Part shown: piece after piece, positions 1-8,903 of the stretch
How positions within the stretch are numbered: the stretch's first letter is position 1
Layout of the letters: each line of letters begins with the position of its first letter
NCBI GenBank assembly: GCA_032128875.1
Contig: JAVLKG010000002.1
Span: 96,001-160,000, forward strand
Length of the DNA stretch: 64,000 bases
Reading direction: 5' to 3'
DNA from: Candidatus Melainabacteria bacterium 17Bon1m
GTDB taxonomy: Bacteria > Cyanobacteriota > Vampirovibrionia > Obscuribacterales > Obscuribacteraceae
Notes under the pieces: model-generated
The model's database searches: none
What the model was told of the DNA's origin: nothing
What the model saw: only the letters and a program-made list of their open reading frames with translations
Position numbers and translations under genes: made by a program

Positions 1-280
1 AACCTAAGCCAGCGTTGTTGACCACCACATCAATCTTGCCGAAGGCCGCAAGCCCGCTTTGAATTGCAGCGGTGATGCTGTCTGCATCAGTTACGTCAAG
101 GCGCGCTGCATGAGCCTGACTTGGATATTTCTCTTGAAGGTCTTTTACTTTTTCAATATTACGGGCGGTGGCGATGATTTTTCCGCCAGCGGCGATGACT
201 TCTTCAGCCAAACTACGACCGAGTCCGGTGGAAGCTCCTGTGATAAACCACACCTTGTTTGTTTTGCCAATCAAATCCAT
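1..280 (-). CDS. SDR-family oxidoreductase (runs off window start; not in ORF track)
   Basis: Manual translation from ATG at 280: MDLIGKTNKVWFITGASTGLGRSLAE...LDVTD...GKIDVVVNNAGLG; TGxxxGxG and NNAG motifs. Confidence 0.9.
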   Translation of the reverse strand, partial: MDLIGKTNKVWFITGASTGLGRSLAEEVIAAGGKIIATARNIEKVKDLQEKYPSQAHAARLDVTDADSITAAIQSGLAAFGKIDVVVNNAGLG

Positions 281-371
281 TTTAGTAGCACCTCTTTCGC
301 TCAGCCATCAGAGTAGATTGAACGTTCATTCTAGTCAAGTGTGCGATGAAAAGAGGTTTGTGCATAAACGC

Positions 372-944
372 TTAGTTTTGTTCTACAACTGATTCGTAGC
401 AGATTGCGGCAACTTGTTGCAAAACATTTCTGGGGTATTCGTTTGGATGTTTTGCTATTCGCCCTGCTACTCCAACAGTAAGCTCTGCAAGAATCTCAAA
501 CGGCAGTTCCTTCAGAAATCCGCCCTCTTTCTTACTCTTAAAAAAGTTCGCCAAGAGAAGATAATTTGGGTCTTCCATCATTGTGCTTGGCTTATTATCC
601 TGGCTATAGCAAGGTAAGTTTTCATATTGGCTTAAAAACTTGGTTTCATTCGGGTGACTGCGGTAAAAGTCGTAGGCATTTTGCCAGACTTGCAAAAAAG
701 CCTCACGAGTAGGCATGTTGCTATCTATGTGCACTGCCAGTGAATTGAGCATGCGAGCCTTTATTGAATAATAAAGCTGGATGAGGATTTCATCTTTACT
801 CGGGAAATAATGGTAAATGATGCCAGGGCTTGCGCCGGAACGTTTGGAAAGTTGTGACATAGGAGCATCATTGATACCGCGCTCCACGACGAGTTCAAGC
901 ATCGCTTGTAGTATTGCTTCTTTACGATCTGATTTGACAATCAT
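372..944 (-). CDS. TetR/AcrR family transcriptional regulator
   Basis: RKEAILQAMLELVVERG..MSQLSKRSGASPGIIYHYFPSKDEIL TetR HTH; ATG at 944 preferred over the track start at 1016. Confidence 0.9.
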   Translation of the reverse strand: MIVKSDRKEAILQAMLELVVERGINDAPMSQLSKRSGASPGIIYHYFPSKDEILIQLYYSIKARMLNSLAVHIDSNMPTREAFLQVWQNAYDFYRSHPNETKFLSQYENLPCYSQDNKPSTMMEDPNYLLLANFFKSKKEGGFLKELPFEILAELTVGVAGRIAKHPNEYPRNVLQQVAAICYESVVEQN

Positions 945-1091
945 GGCAACAACAATAACACGAAGGCTTTTGCTTGAGAATGCTCGCAGTGTATGTCCTA
1001 ACGCCATGGTAAGCACGGATCAGAAAGTGCGCAGTCACTGCTTCGGAGTTATGCTTGTCTGTGGCTGAAATTCTTCTAGGCGGGAACTTGA

Positions 1092-1715
1092 ATGGAAACT
1101 ATTTACGATCCAAAAAATACCGCCCTCCTGTGCGTTGATCTGTACAACGACTTTATAAGTGAGGGCGGCAAGCTCTATCCTTCGGTGAAGGAGATTGCAC
1201 TGGAATTGAACATGCATGAAAACTTGCGCTCAATTGTGAAAGCTGCACGCGACAAGGGCATTATGATTTTTCATGTTCCTCATCATCGTTTTGAACCTGG
1301 AGATCTCGACAATTGGCAATATGCTACGCCATATCAGCTGAGTGCGCAGGAAAAGCTCGTCTTTCAAAAAGACACTTGGGGTGGGACTTTCCATGACGAT
1401 TTTCCTGTGCTTCCTGGAGATGTACTCGCCACTGAACATTGGGGCTCGAGTGGGTTTCCTAACACGAACCTAGAACATCAATTGAGGCGCCATGGAAAGG
1501 AGAAGCTTATTTTCATTGGGCTCTTGGCGAATACCTGTGTGGAAGCAACGGCGCGAATTGGTATGGAATTAGGATTTCACATAACTCTTGTGCGTGACGC
1601 TACTGCCGCACGCTCCCACGAGGCACTCAGAGCAGCTTTGGATATTAATGGTCCGACTTTCGCGCACGAGATTCTGACGACAGCAGAACTCTTGGCTGCG
1701 TTAAACAAGGTCTGA
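1092..1715 (+). CDS. Isochorismatase-like cysteine hydrolase
   Basis: TALLCVDLYNDF, SGFPNTNLEHQLR, GLLANTCVEATAR (catalytic Cys). Confidence 0.9.
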   Translation: METIYDPKNTALLCVDLYNDFISEGGKLYPSVKEIALELNMHENLRSIVKAARDKGIMIFHVPHHRFEPGDLDNWQYATPYQLSAQEKLVFQKDTWGGTFHDDFPVLPGDVLATEHWGSSGFPNTNLEHQLRRHGKEKLIFIGLLANTCVEATARIGMELGFHITLVRDATAARSHEALRAALDINGPTFAHEILTTAELLAALNKV

Positions 1716-1724
1716 TATTGAACC

Positions 1725-2549
1725 GTGGATAGTCTGACTGTAAATTCCAACGGCGTAAATTTGTCCGTGCATGTTGATGGCGCGGGACCGACGATTATGC
1801 TTTTGCATGGATTTCCTGATACTCACCAGCTGTGGGGCAAGGTGGCACCGCAATTGGTGGCGTCTGGATTTAGAGTTGTTATGTTCGATCAGCGTGGTTA
1901 TGGCGAGTCAGATGCTCCAGCCCTTGTAGGTGCGTACACGATCGATCAGATTGCTGCTGATGCGATTGCAGTTTTGAAAGCACTCGGTATCACCGAGAAG
2001 GTGAAACTCGTTGGTCACGACTGGGGCGCGTTTATAGGTTGGTTTCTTTGCTTGTCTAGCCCCGAGTTGTTCGACGCGTTTGTAGCCGTTTCTGTTGGGC
2101 ACCCACTTGCGTATCGGCATGCGGGACCCGCTCAGTGGCTGAAGGGCTGGTACATAATTATGTTTCAAATTCCTGGTCTGGCTGAGTGGTTATTCTCGGC
2201 TGGCAACTTTCGCGCAATCCGAAACTTATCTGAAGAACCCGAAACGCAGGCAAGTCGATACGATGCGTTCTCTCGTAAAGGCAGACTGACCGCTGCACTT
2301 AATTGGTATCGCGCCAATTTTTCAACCCTCGGCACTCGTGCTTTCGGAGCTTGTACCGTTCCAACGTTAGGCGTCTATTCTGCGGGAGACGTTGCGCTCA
2401 CTGAAAAACAAATGGTCGATTCAGCGAAGTATATGAAAGCGTCTTGGAAGTATGTGCGGATAGAAAACTCGACTCACTGGATTCCGCTTGACCAACCAGA
2501 CATACTTGGTAAAGCGATTATCGAATGGTTCCGCGGAGATTCGACGTAA
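1725..2549 (+). CDS. Alpha/beta hydrolase (epoxide hydrolase-like)
   Basis: LLHGFPD, DQRGYGES, GHDWGA nucleophile elbow, C-terminal THW. Confidence 0.9.
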   Translation: MDSLTVNSNGVNLSVHVDGAGPTIMLLHGFPDTHQLWGKVAPQLVASGFRVVMFDQRGYGESDAPALVGAYTIDQIAADAIAVLKALGITEKVKLVGHDWGAFIGWFLCLSSPELFDAFVAVSVGHPLAYRHAGPAQWLKGWYIIMFQIPGLAEWLFSAGNFRAIRNLSEEPETQASRYDAFSRKGRLTAALNWYRANFSTLGTRAFGACTVPTLGVYSAGDVALTEKQMVDSAKYMKASWKYVRIENSTHWIPLDQPDILGKAIIEWFRGDST

Positions 2550-2607
2550 CCTGGTTTGACTCGACTCGCCACTGTTAGATCTGCTGCTTATCCTTGAGTT
2601 GACACTA

Positions 2608-2880
2608 TCAATACAAAATTCGCAGTGTTTTTTTCAGTCTATGCCGAATGCGTCTTTGCACGTAATCGTCTTTCCTAGCAGCTTTCAGTACCTTCGCAGG
2701 AAATGGAATAGTCGCATCTACTAGACCGGAGGACAAAGTCAGATTGTGCACCATTGAGTTGGCGCTCTTTTCGGCAGTCCACCTGGTTGTGAGCGTCCGA
2801 CCTTCGGATTCCGGAAACAGCGTGAATGCTTCTGTTTCAATCCAATGCTTGCCAGTAGTGATGAGGCGCCAACTCAACAT
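2608..2880 (-). CDS. Small hypothetical protein (putative paralog of 2887-3180 and 5674-6066)
   Basis: 90 aa ORF, 6 bp downstream of the co-oriented 2887-3180; shared helix-W-strand-strand-helix pattern. Confidence 0.55.
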   Translation of the reverse strand: MLSWRLITTGKHWIETEAFTLFPESEGRTLTTRWTAEKSANSMVHNLTLSSGLVDATIPFPAKVLKAARKDDYVQRRIRHRLKKTLRILY

Positions 2881-2886
2881 TTCGCC

Positions 2887-3180
2887 TCACTGAGCTAACT
2901 CAAGTACTTTTCGCAAGGTTTCTGTCACCTTTTCCATGAGGGATTCCCTAATGTTGGCATTAGCCGGCAACTGGACAAGCTCAGAAGCATTCAAATGAAT
3001 GCGCTCGCTAATTGCTCCAAAGAACACGAATGCTACATAACGTGTGACTGATCCTTCGTATTCGCAAGCCCAATTGATCACTGGCTGTCGTAGCCCCAGC
3101 TCCTGGCTGCACTGTTTCAGTAAGCACTCAAACTGTTGCTTGCCGATATCTATCTCGTTTGCTGCTAATTCTCTTTTCAT
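2887..3180 (-). CDS. Small hypothetical protein (same putative family)
   Basis: 97 aa ATG ORF; GKQQFECLL..INW..RYVAFV..LNASEL..IRESLMEKV. Confidence 0.65.
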   Translation of the reverse strand: MKRELAANEIDIGKQQFECLLKQCSQELGLRQPVINWACEYEGSVTRYVAFVFFGAISERIHLNASELVQLPANANIRESLMEKVTETLRKVLELAQ

Positions 3181-3220
3181 TGAATATTTGGCATATTTGG
3201 GTCTCTATTGTTATAGTATT

Positions 3221-3242
3221 TACGAATATGCGTAATTGTGCA
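3221..3242. promoter_or_regulatory. Phased 8-bp operator-like array, copy 1
   Basis: TACGAA-TA-TGCGTA-AT-TGTGCA between divergent genes 3180(-) and 3326(+). Confidence 0.55.
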
Positions 3243-3325
3243 ACTGTTTTGCCGATTAAAGTTTTCAGCATATATAAGGTTGTTTTTCTCCTTGGGATTT
3301 CAAACCCACAAAGGGATATTGGCAC

Positions 3326-4087
3326 GTGCAGAAAGAAGCATCAGATTCTCGAATTAGAAATCAGAGCTGGCAGACTGCAACTAGCACAGATGCAGTCATG
3401 ATCACGTTTCAGCAAACAATGTTGCAGATGACTAGTAACTTTCTGCAGACACAGCAAAAGGTTATGTTGGCTTATTTGCAAGGAAAATCCGTGCACCCAT
3501 CACAACATGCGCAATGGCTGCCCATGCCTTTGCAGCAACCCTCTGTGCCGTTGCAGAAGCCAGACATGCCGTTGCATCCGATTCAGCCCGCGATGGAATT
3601 TAGATTGCCGGGTGCTGTCCAGGCTAACCTTGAAGAGACTGCAACCGCTAGCGTTGCGCGCGAGACTGCAACCGCTAGCGCTGCGCGCGAGACTGTCAAT
3701 CCAGGCAGTTCTGATCCAGAGAATGGCAACACTCCATCGTTTGCAAACACTAATGTGGTGAGTGATGCTCCGACCCCTCGAGTGAGAACTACCGACGAAT
3801 TGATTGCTATGTTCATTGAGCTAGTTAGTGAACGGACCGGTTATCCCCCTGAAATGCTTGATCCCGCATTAGATTTAGAGTCTGACTTAGGTATCGATTC
3901 AATTAAAAGAGTGGAGATATTCAGCAATTTCAAACGTGCATTGCCCGAAGGAATGCAAGAAGCTCTGGAAGGCGATCTTGAAGAATTGGGTGGACTGCGA
4001 ACGCTAGAAGCAATCTCAGACTGGATTCGAAAACTCCCAATGGCGGCGCAGGCTGAAGTGACTAATTACGCCAGTGATGGTGCGTAA
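3326..4087 (+). CDS. Stand-alone PKS-type (PfaA-like) acyl carrier protein with N-terminal linker
   Basis: LVSERTGYPPEMLDPALDLESDLGIDSIKRVEI phosphopantetheine site; FQQTM..FLQTQQKVMLAYL resembles the post-AT linker of iterative PKSs. Confidence 0.85.
   Translation: MQKEASDSRIRNQSWQTATSTDAVMITFQQTMLQMTSNFLQTQQKVMLAYLQGKSVHPSQHAQWLPMPLQQPSVPLQKPDMPLHPIQPAMEFRLPGAVQANLEETATASVARETATASAARETVNPGSSDPENGNTPSFANTNVVSDAPTPRVRTTDELIAMFIELVSERTGYPPEMLDPALDLESDLGIDSIKRVEIFSNFKRALPEGMQEALEGDLEELGGLRTLEAISDWIRKLPMAAQAEVTNYASDGA
3635..3695 (+). repeat. 27-bp coding tandem repeat (ETATASVAR/ETATASAAR)
   Basis: gagactgcaaccgctagcg(t/c)tgcgcgc twice plus a partial third copy. Confidence 0.85.
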
Positions 4088-4186
4088 ATAATACGCACCA
4101 CCACAGCTTGCTACTTCCGTCTCAACCACTAGATAACAATGGTGATTGAGGGAGCGCACAATCGAAAATGCGATGCGAGCTTGATT

Positions 4187-4495
4187 TCACACATTTGGAA
4201 ATTTCAAGAGTCTCGCGAAAAAAGACAATCCTTGTTTTTCTTGTCGTGGCTCCGATTGGTTAATAGTGATGTTTCGTCCGTTTACTTCGGAACCTTCCAA
4301 CTGTTTGATCGCTCTTAGAGCCTCTGTCCTTGTAGACATTTCAACAAACGCAAATCCCTTCTTTCTTCCGGTCGAAGGATCGCATACCAGCTCAACTTCA
4401 AGAACGGAGCCAGCTTCCGAAAACAATAATTGAAGAGATGCTTCCTCTGTTTCCAGCGAAAGATTTCCAATGAGAAGTCTTCTGCTCATTTTCAA
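4187..4495 (-). CDS. RRM (RNP-type) RNA-binding protein
   Basis: RNP2 LLIGNL and RNP1 KGFAFVEM. Confidence 0.9.
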   Translation of the reverse strand: MKMSRRLLIGNLSLETEEASLQLLFSEAGSVLEVELVCDPSTGRKKGFAFVEMSTRTEALRAIKQLEGSEVNGRNITINQSEPRQEKQGLSFFARLLKFPNV

Positions 4496-4623
4496 AATTC
4501 CGTAAATGGTTTTAGTCTCCTCGGTTCCAGATCGTTAGCAATCAAATCGAATGCTTCAAAACTGAAAACGAGACAAAGCACTTCTCGGAAAGGTGACTCT
4601 CCGAAATTCGCCTATTTGTTAAT

Positions 4624-4653
4624 TACGCACTTGCGCACTTGCGTAATTGCTTA
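4624..4653. promoter_or_regulatory. Phased 8-bp operator-like array, copy 2
   Basis: TACGCA-CT-TGCGCA-CT-TGCGTA-AT-TGCTTA upstream of the RRM gene. Confidence 0.6.
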
Positions 4654-4752
4654 ACAATATTATCACACGGGCGGCACTGCTCGTCAATGGAGCATAGTCG
4701 TCAGAAAGGAGGCTTTCCGACAACCTGAGCAGGCTATGTGCGAAATGTAGAT

Positions 4753-5079
4753 TTAGAGTGCTTCCAGCATGTCTTTTATGTCGACAAGATGGTTGTTGAA
4801 GACAGCTTTGGCAGCGTCGAGAAGCGTGAATATAGCCGTATCTCGGCATGAATAGTAAATGTTACTGCCTTGTTTGCGTCCAGCGATAATGCTCTTAGAC
4901 CTAAGCACGGCCAACTGTTGAGAGATATTTGTGGGCTCAACTCCTAGCCTCAGTCTTAGTTCTGTAACAGTCTTCTCTCCATCTCGAAGTTCGTCCAAAA
5001 TGCGGATTCTTAGCGGACTTGCTAACGCCTTGAAGAACTCAGCCTTGAATTTTACGAGTTGTTCGGTTTGGTCTGTCAT
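4753..5079 (-). CDS. ArsR/SmtB family transcriptional regulator
   Basis: FFKALASPLRIRILDEL..EKTVTEL..NISQQLAVLR..RKQGSNIYYS. Confidence 0.92.
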   Translation of the reverse strand: MTDQTEQLVKFKAEFFKALASPLRIRILDELRDGEKTVTELRLRLGVEPTNISQQLAVLRSKSIIAGRKQGSNIYYSCRDTAIFTLLDAAKAVFNNHLVDIKDMLEAL

Positions 5080-5204
5080 CTTGCCAATTCAGTAAATGTT
5101 GAAGTGCGTACTTTCTCAATTGTGGGCGCAAGGGCCTTTCCAGTCAATATTTTCGCACTTCTAGCAGGTTTGTTCTTTTCGACTTTGTAAGGTACAATAA
5201 CATA

Positions 5205-5242
5205 TACGCATTTGCGTAATCATGCATATGCGAAATTGCTTA
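5205..5242. promoter_or_regulatory. Phased 8-bp operator-like array, copy 3 (upstream of ArsR gene)
   Basis: TACGCA-TT-TGCGTA-AT-CATGCA-TA-TGCGAA-AT-TGCTTA; first pair is a perfect 6-2-6 palindrome. Confidence 0.65.
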
Positions 5243-5335
5243 ATGTACCAATCGGTACTAAGTTTGCAATTTCTCAAAAGTTGCAAAAGGCATTCGTGTC
5301 CAGTGCCAGGCTCAACATAAAAGGGTGATGCGAAG

Positions 5336-5677
5336 TTGACGAACGACATACTAGATGTCTTGCTCAAACAAGCACAATTGGTGAATCTTCTGGCGGAACA
5401 GGAGCCTGTGAATGTGGCTGATTTGCCTGAAGAACATCTTGCTGGTCTAAAGGTTCTGGAAAATCTAGGACTTGTTTATCGCCGAAACAGTCGCGGTTGT
5501 TCACTACAAAAACAAAGGCTGGCGAAGCTCCTCGAACGCGAGTCCAGGTATGTTCCTTCTTTGAAGTGCGAAATGTGCTTGTCGACTTTTTCGCGGGTTT
5601 TGCAATTGAATATAACCCCACAAAGATCTAATTCAGAAAGTACAGACTCGTCAGTCCTGAATGCACACCGCTCTTGA
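5336..5677 (+). CDS. Hypothetical protein, possible winged-helix with CxxC
   Basis: LKVLENLGLVYRR resembles a wHTH helix/wing; CEMC; 4-bp overlap with next ORF. Confidence 0.5.
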   Translation: MTNDILDVLLKQAQLVNLLAEQEPVNVADLPEEHLAGLKVLENLGLVYRRNSRGCSLQKQRLAKLLERESRYVPSLKCEMCLSTFSRVLQLNITPQRSNSESTDSSVLNAHRS

Positions 5678-6066
5678 TGTTTTCCATTAAGGAGAATGAA
5701 ACTGCAATAATGGGATTCCAAATTACTGAAAAGAACAATCGAAACGAAGCAATGACTTGGATCGATAGCGCTCTTGCCAGTATTGCTGAAGTTCTTTCAC
5801 TAGAGATCGTCAGTGCTAACTGGGATATCGCCGGCACTGCCAATGGTGGCACTTCATATCAGCTAGTAATTGTCGGTCACGGCGGCAAACGAGCTGTCAA
5901 ACTATTTTCTGCAGCAGAGTTGGATCGCTGTTTGGAAGATACTGAATTGCAAGCTGATCTAAAAGCTCGACTGACTCCTCTAGTCATTTTTACAGGAAGC
6001 AAGGTTCATCCAAAAGCCACGAGAAGGACAACAGCAACTCGTAAAAAGCGCTTGGAATTGGAATAG
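5674..6066 (+). CDS. Hypothetical protein (same putative family as 2608/2887) with basic tail
   Basis: AMTWIDSAL..ANW..SYQLVI..FSAAEL..LQADLKARL; tail RRTTATRKKR. Confidence 0.6.
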   Translation: MMFSIKENETAIMGFQITEKNNRNEAMTWIDSALASIAEVLSLEIVSANWDIAGTANGGTSYQLVIVGHGGKRAVKLFSAAELDRCLEDTELQADLKARLTPLVIFTGSKVHPKATRRTTATRKKRLELE

Positions 6067-6069
6067 AAG

Positions 6070-6093
6070 CAAAAGGATTTGAACCTTTTGTTT
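6070..6093 (+). terminator. Possible intrinsic terminator
   Basis: CAAAAGG-ATTTGAA-CCTTTTG hairpin followed by TTT, 3 bp after the stop at 6066. Confidence 0.35.
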
Positions 6094-6266
6094 GGACGTT
6101 GGGTTCCAATCGGATCTGACAAGTGTTTTGCTTGTGTCGTTATCCACAAGTCAAACCACCAAATAGCGAGGGGAGGCGTCCTCGCTGTTTTGGTGGAGTG
6201 TGGGAAAAAGGGGTATTTCCGATGATCGTTGGTGGTGCTTCGGATTATATGCTTAATACAATGAAT

Positions 6267-6288
6267 TACGTAATTGCGTAAATCTGCA
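6267..6288. promoter_or_regulatory. Phased 8-bp operator-like array, copy 4
   Basis: TACGTA-AT-TGCGTA-AA-TCTGCA upstream of the DUF2934 gene. Confidence 0.55.
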
Positions 6289-6439
6289 TATGATTCTATC
6301 ATAGCCGGAAGATTGGCGACTAGGCAATTATTGCGCTTGGAATGAGAATCCTCTCTTTAGTTCTGCACAGGGTTGAAAGACTCATTGCTTGGCGTATTTC
6401 TACTTGTCAAATAGCTAGTCCGAGGAGGACGTTTATCAC

Positions 6440-6727
6440 ATGACAAAGCGTGTAAAAGACAGTGCAAAACACAGCCCCAGCGGTGCTGCAAATGGCAGTG
6501 CAAGCGGCAGTGCAAAACACAGCCCCAGCGGCGGCAGAACGGCTACCGTGCAGCAGCAAGCAATCAGCTCAAAACTAAACTTGAAACAAAAAGCCACTCC
6601 AACGCGAAATCAGATAGCCGCCAGGGCTTATCAAATCTGGCAGGAAAACGGAAGTCGGCACGGAAGAGATGAGCTCGACTGGCTGCAGGCTGAAAGTGAG
6701 CTCTGTGAGCAGTTGAATCAGAACTAA
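6440..6727 (+). CDS. DUF2934-domain protein
   Basis: QIAARAYQIWQENGSRHGRDELDWLQAESEL; strong GAGGAGG RBS; duplicated SAKHSPSG. Confidence 0.85.
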   Translation: MTKRVKDSAKHSPSGAANGSASGSAKHSPSGGRTATVQQQAISSKLNLKQKATPTRNQIAARAYQIWQENGSRHGRDELDWLQAESELCEQLNQN

Positions 6728-6916
6728 ATTAGCTTGACTAAGGCGTCTACTTCTCCGTGAGTAAGAGAATGGCACCAGATATGATGCCAGCTATTCTCCC
6801 TGAAAATTTCCCATTTGGCGAATAAGGTTTTTGTGCACCCCTAAGCAACATTCGTGACCCTCAATGGGTTCTGATACCCGTGATTCCCAGAGTCACGTTC
6901 TTAGGGAGACATTACT

Positions 6917-7771
6917 ATGACAATTGATAAATTCGCTTACGCTCCAAAGGCTGATGCTTCCGCACAATTTGACGGCATCGACGGAAAAGACAGCATGAAG
7001 CAGACTGTTTTGGTTGACCTTGCGTCGAGCACCACGAATGCTGATTATCACAAAGCGCAAACAGCTTTGCGTGGGAAATCCGATGCCAACGTCGCAGCGC
7101 AACTTGGCGATTTGAAAATCTACAATACCGCCACAGATATGTCGGAGACGATTGGCTCGGCTGAGGAGTTTCGGCGTCGCTCTCAAGGTGTTTTTTCGAA
7201 AGTTGATCGTGACCACGACGGTGTTCTTAGCAGTACTGAATTGTCTAGCGCATCAACGCGTAAAAGTTTTAGTCCCAAAGATCAACAAGTAATCGAGTCT
7301 ATGGCGAGAAACATTGGCGCAATAAGTATGCTCTCGGACGATGAGATCGGTCCTGTTGCGAGCGGTGTATCGATGAGTGATTTGGATCAATTTGCGGGAC
7401 TTGATGAGCGCGCGAAAACCTATGAAAAAGATAGCCCCATCGAGAATTGGTTTGGTCATTCGAACATGTTTCGCCATGTAGATGCGAATGGCGACGGTTA
7501 TTTGACACGCAATGAAATTGACGCACGCTTGAATAACAAAGCGATAAGCAAACCGGAAGCGGCTGCTTTGGAGCGCATGCGTTCATCCTATGATTCGTTG
7601 ATGGCACAAAGTAATGATGAATGGGGAACTGAAAACTCCGGAGTTACGCGCCGTGATATCGACACGCTTGTAAGAGAAAGACAGACGACAAGGCTTGATG
7701 TGGAAACCATGCAGCGCGCTCTAACTGCCACGCGTGAAGTACATGCTCGCCAGGCTGTTCATGAGAGATAG
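6917..7771 (+). CDS. EF-hand-containing protein
   Basis: DRDHDGVLSSTE and DANGDGYLTRNE loops within an internally duplicated module. Confidence 0.8.
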   Translation: MTIDKFAYAPKADASAQFDGIDGKDSMKQTVLVDLASSTTNADYHKAQTALRGKSDANVAAQLGDLKIYNTATDMSETIGSAEEFRRRSQGVFSKVDRDHDGVLSSTELSSASTRKSFSPKDQQVIESMARNIGAISMLSDDEIGPVASGVSMSDLDQFAGLDERAKTYEKDSPIENWFGHSNMFRHVDANGDGYLTRNEIDARLNNKAISKPEAAALERMRSSYDSLMAQSNDEWGTENSGVTRRDIDTLVRERQTTRLDVETMQRALTATREVHARQAVHER

Positions 7772-7962
7772 GATGTTAGCCGCGGTACAAATTCATTGCG
7801 AAAGATTCTGCAATCGTCGCTTGTTAAGCCGGACACTTTCAAAAAAGGATCGGAAATCCTATCCAATCTGGTCACCGGCTGTTCACGAAGCTGAGTTATG
7901 TTGAACGAGTCTGTTCTGTACTAAAGTTTTGCAACCGACTAGTAAACGCACATCATCTTCGA

Positions 7963-8397
7963 ATGGGCTTACTTTATCTACTTCTCGCCGCTGTGACCTG
8001 GTTTATGACCGGGCTGATTTGGTTCGTGCAGATAGTTCACTACCCTCTGTTCGCTAGTGTCGGCAGTGATAAATTTCTCGTTTATATCAAAGCTCATTGT
8101 AATTTGACAGGTATGGTAGTGATACTGCCGATGGTGATTCAACTTCTGCTGTCCGGCTTGGTTGCATTGGACAACAAATCAACCTACTCCGCGTTGCTTT
8201 GGCTCAACTTTGCCCTGGTGATTGTCATCTGGCTGCTCACCGGTTTTGCCTCAGTACCTTGCTTCAACAACATGTGCTCTGCGGGTTTTTCGGAGTCTGT
8301 TCATGGGCGATTAGTTTTGACAAATTGGGCCCGAACCATTCTCTGGTCTGTCTGCTCAATCATTCTGCTGCTGATCCTGTGGTCAGAGTTGAAGTAA
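7963..8397 (+). CDS. Four-TM membrane protein of unknown function
   Basis: GLIWFVQIVHYPLF and NWARTILW motifs; hydrophobic segments. Confidence 0.8.
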   Translation: MGLLYLLLAAVTWFMTGLIWFVQIVHYPLFASVGSDKFLVYIKAHCNLTGMVVILPMVIQLLLSGLVALDNKSTYSALLWLNFALVIVIWLLTGFASVPCFNNMCSAGFSESVHGRLVLTNWARTILWSVCSIILLLILWSELK

Positions 8398-8451
8398 ATA
8401 TGGTTGACGCTTTCGATTTAGTTGTTGGCCGCTAGCTATGCAGCCACACCT

Positions 8452-8706
8452 TCACGCCAAAAGTTCATCCAGCTTTCCTTGGCTTTCTAATGCGTAAAGG
8501 TCATCGCAACCGCCAATGTGCAAATCGTCGATGAAAATTTGTGGAATGGTCATTCGCCCATTTGACCGTTTGATCATTTCATCTAATCTGTCCACATCTT
8601 CTTTGACGTTGAACTCTTCGAACTCTGCATTTTTGCGCTTTAGCAAAGCCTTTGCCTTATCGCAGAATGGGCAATGGGGTCCGGAATAAACAACTATCTT
8701 TGGCAT
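8452..8706 (-). CDS. grxC: Glutaredoxin 3
   Basis: CPFC active site, TIPQIFI, GGCDDL. Confidence 0.92.
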   Translation of the reverse strand: MPKIVVYSGPHCPFCDKAKALLKRKNAEFEEFNVKEDVDRLDEMIKRSNGRMTIPQIFIDDLHIGGCDDLYALESQGKLDELLA

Positions 8707-8903
8707 CGAGGTTTCCTGATGAGTGGGTACTTCAACCAGCTAATCAATTATGCACTGTCTTTGTTTTCGCCAGGCTCAGAAACCTGATCATAGTCGCTTG
8801 AAGTTTGTATTCTTTAACATCAAATCGCAGTCTGTAGAGTTCACACTCTGTTCACTGTCATGATTCATAAATATATTGGGCCGTCTGAGGCACAGAGAAG
8901 ACT

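Noticed and set aside
6074-6086. 13-bp match (AGGATTTGAACCT) to the tRNA-Pro T-arm as a possible att site or tRNA relic
   Set aside because: No acceptor stem or extended match; better explained as a hairpin after a stop codon, and housekeeping-type genes lie between it and the tRNA
6140-6148. Perfect DnaA box TTATCCACA
   Set aside because: Single copy with no dnaA/oriC context
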